Source: Planctomycetota bacterium
GTDB lineage: Bacteria > Planctomycetota > GCA-002687715 > CAIWVZ01
Assembly (NCBI GenBank): GCA_044222185.1
Contig: JBGANV010000001.1
Span: 352,001-416,000 of the forward strand
DNA: 64,000 nucleotides
Direction of reading: 5' to 3'
The notes beneath the pieces were generated by a model. It was not told the origin of the DNA, made no database searches, and saw only the letters and a program-made list of their open reading frames with translations. Made by a program: the position numbers and the translations under genes. Of this stretch, positions 61,636-64,000 are shown in pieces (within the stretch, counting starts at the first letter, position 1; every line of letters begins with the position of its first letter).

Positions 61636-63327
61636 GTGCAACCGGCCAACAAACGGCGAAAGCTCCTGGGGGAGATCCTCAAGGAGATGAAGAAGGTGAA
61701 CCAGGGCCAGATCCAGGAGGGGCTGGCGGTTCAGCGTGAGAAGGGCGGCCAGCTCGGCGGCATCCTCGTGGGGCTGGGGTTCATCACGCACGCGGACCTG
61801 GTGAAGGCGCTGGCCGTCCAGTCTGAGATGGAGATCGTCGACCTCTCGCAGCTCGCGATCCCGCCGCAGGTCCTCGCACGTGTCGATGCTCAGACGGCAC
61901 AGGCTTTCCGAGTGGTGCCGTTCAAGGAAGAGGGCGGCGTACTCCACGTTGCGCTCGCGGATCCCATGAACACGGCCGTGCTCGACGACATCGGCTTCAT
62001 GACGGGGATGAAGGTCAAGGCTGCCGTCGCCACCGACCAGGCGATCGACGCCGTCATCAAGAAGTCGTACGCGAAGGAAGAGGATCTCGACAGCCTGATC
62101 GACGAGCTGGAGCAGGATGCGAAGAAGGGCTCCATCGACGATCCTGAACAGCTCGCGCGTTCGGCGCCCGTCGTGCGCCTGCTCAACTACATCCTCTTCA
62201 CGGCCATTCGTGACCGGTCGAGCGACATCCATTTCGAGCCCTTCGAGGAGGAGTTCCGCATCCGTTACCGTGTCGACGGAACGCTCTTCGAACTCCGCTC
62301 GCCGCCGCGCCATCTGGCCGTGGCGTTGATCTCGCGCATCAAGGTTCTCGCCAACCTGGACATCGCCGAGACGCGGCTGCCCCAGGACGGCCGCATCGAC
62401 CTGAAGGTCGGCGGGCGCAACGTCGACATCCGCGTTTCGACACTCCCGACGATGTTCGGCGAGTCCTGCGTGCTTCGCGTCCTCGACCGGTCGGTCGTGA
62501 GCCTGGACATCAAGAACCTGGGTCTCCGCCCGTCCGAGATGAAGCTCATCCTCGACCTCATCGATCGGCCTCACGGGATCATCCTCGTCACCGGGCCGAC
62601 GGGTTCGGGCAAGACGACGACGCTCTACTCGGCGCTGAATGCCTGCAACCAGGAAGGCATCAAGATCGTCACGACCGAGGATCCGGTCGAGTACGACCTC
62701 GATGGCGTGATCCAGGTCCAGGTGAACGACGAGATCGGCGTGAACTACGCCGCCTGTCTCCGATCGATCCTGCGTCACGATCCGGACAAGATCCTCGTCG
62801 GAGAGATCCGCGACCGGGAGACGGCGCAGATTGCCGTCGAGGCCGCGCTCACGGGTCACCTCGTGTTCTCCACGTTGCACACGAACGACGCACCGAGCGC
62901 CGTTTCCCGCATGTCGGACGTGGGAGTCGAGCCCTACCTGCTCGCGGCGACGCTCGAAGCCGTCGTCGGCCAGCGATTGGTGAGGCGTGTCTGCGAGGCC
63001 TGCCGCCAGTGGTATGACCCGCCCGACGAGGTCTTGTTCGAGCTGAATCTCACGCGGCGCGAGGCCGGTGATCGGAAGTTCGCCCAAGGCAAGGGCTGCG
63101 AGCTGTGCCACGGAACCGGGTATCGCGGCCGCATGGCGCTCTTCGAGTTCCTCGTGATGAACGAGGCCATGACGCGGGCGATCGTCGAGGGGTGGTCCGT
63201 GGGACGGCTCCGTGAGATCGCGCTCGAATCAGGCATGCAGACGCTGCGCCAGTCGGGCCTGCTCGCCGTATTCGACGGCCTCACCACACCCGAAGAGGTC
63301 ATCCGCGAGACGCTGGCGTCGATCTGA
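61636..63327 (+). CDS. Second GspE/PilB family assembly ATPase
   Basis: SDIHFEP, PQDGRI, GPTGSGKT, EDPVEY, GEIRD, Cys4, GYRGR. Confidence 0.92.
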   Translation: MQPANKRRKLLGEILKEMKKVNQGQIQEGLAVQREKGGQLGGILVGLGFITHADLVKALAVQSEMEIVDLSQLAIPPQVLARVDAQTAQAFRVVPFKEEGGVLHVALADPMNTAVLDDIGFMTGMKVKAAVATDQAIDAVIKKSYAKEEDLDSLIDELEQDAKKGSIDDPEQLARSAPVVRLLNYILFTAIRDRSSDIHFEPFEEEFRIRYRVDGTLFELRSPPRHLAVALISRIKVLANLDIAETRLPQDGRIDLKVGGRNVDIRVSTLPTMFGESCVLRVLDRSVVSLDIKNLGLRPSEMKLILDLIDRPHGIILVTGPTGSGKTTTLYSALNACNQEGIKIVTTEDPVEYDLDGVIQVQVNDEIGVNYAACLRSILRHDPDKILVGEIRDRETAQIAVEAALTGHLVFSTLHTNDAPSAVSRMSDVGVEPYLLAATLEAVVGQRLVRRVCEACRQWYDPPDEVLFELNLTRREAGDRKFAQGKGCELCHGTGYRGRMALFEFLVMNEAMTRAIVEGWSVGRLREIALESGMQTLRQSGLLAVFDGLTTPEEVIRETLASI

Positions 63328-63383
63328 CGGCGTTCGAGGTGCGGCGCACCCGGCCGAACGTCCGGGTTCGCCGCCAGGGTGGC

Positions 63384-64000
63384 TCAGCGTGCGCAGGTTT
63401 CCGCGCGACCGCCATCGACGGCGAGCGTCACTCCGGTGATGAACGACGAAGCCTCCGTCGCGAGGAAGAAGATCGCCTCGGCGACTTCGGACGCCTGGCC
63501 GGGGCGTCCCAGCGGGTGAGTCGTCTTCGATTTCTCGAGGAACGCGGCGTAGGCCGCTTCGTCCATCCCGCCCCGGCGGTGGAGGTTCGTCACGATCACG
63601 CCCGGATTCACGGCGTTCACCCGGATGCCGCGCGGGGCGAGTTCGAGGGCGGCGCAGCGCGTCGCCTGATCCAGAGCGGCTTTCGAGACGCAGTAGGAGA
63701 AGACGCCCGGGAACGCGCGCGTGCCCGTGACGGACGACAGGTTCACCACGGCGCCTTTCGATCGTTCGAGCCAGGGGATCAGCGCCTGCGTGATCAGAAC
63801 GGGAGCCGTCACGTTGAGGGCGAGCATGCGGTCGAGGAGATCCCGCCTCACTCCAGCGTTGGTGTCGTTGGCGATCACGCCCGCCGCGTTCACCAGGGCG
63901 TCCACGCGGTCCTCGTTCGAGGCGATTCCGCGGGCGATCCGCGAAATCGTCTCGTCGGCAACCAGATCGCCGGGTTCGGCGCGGACCCGCTCCGGGGCCG
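63384..64000 (-). CDS. SDR family oxidoreductase, 5' end outside window
   Basis: LVNAAG, NLSS, YCVSK, IRVNAVNPG, ITG..VDGG; frame open to the window edge. Confidence 0.88.
   Translation of the reverse strand, partial: APERVRAEPGDLVADETISRIARGIASNEDRVDALVNAAGVIANDTNAGVRRDLLDRMLALNVTAPVLITQALIPWLERSKGAVVNLSSVTGTRAFPGVFSYCVSKAALDQATRCAALELAPRGIRVNAVNPGVIVTNLHRRGGMDEAAYAAFLEKSKTTHPLGRPGQASEVAEAIFFLATEASSFITGVTLAVDGGRAETCAR

Overview
GC-rich bacterial chromosome segment, probably from an uncultivated Planctomycetota lineage. This is inferred from the dnaX-ybaB-recR-rpoN order, a PilB-PilT-PilB triad and FDDGxGP beta-propeller and carboxypeptidase-regulatory-repeat exported proteins. Most of the window is core genome: ybaK, mutY, an MscK-like channel, tadA, two tRNA-Ser, SRP RNA, dnaX/ybaB/recR/rpoN, a propionyl-CoA/methylmalonyl-CoA operon, miaE, rpsT, def, ribF, tRNA-Phe, rpmE-prfA-prmC, ssb, a HelY-like helicase, yebC and type IV pilus/T2SS ATPases. 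I saw no CRISPR array, integrase or transposase. Main findings: (1) an exported TlpA/thioredoxin-like gene at 43485-44453 is split in the ORF track by an in-frame TGA exactly at the first Cys of the CxxC motif (W-U-G-P-C), followed by a SECIS-like hairpin, so it is a probable selenoprotein; (2) exported proteins with unrelated N-terminal domains share a C-terminal ~120-aa domain that looks like a sorting or anchoring signal (two clear copies, two more distant); (3) the 'galactokinase' carries signature motifs of plant galacturonokinase; (4) an exported cyanophycinase is translationally coupled to an OPT transporter; (5) most exported proteins have Gln at +1, and several carry [ED][ST][RK]P motifs. 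All family calls come from reading motifs by eye; no database searches were run.
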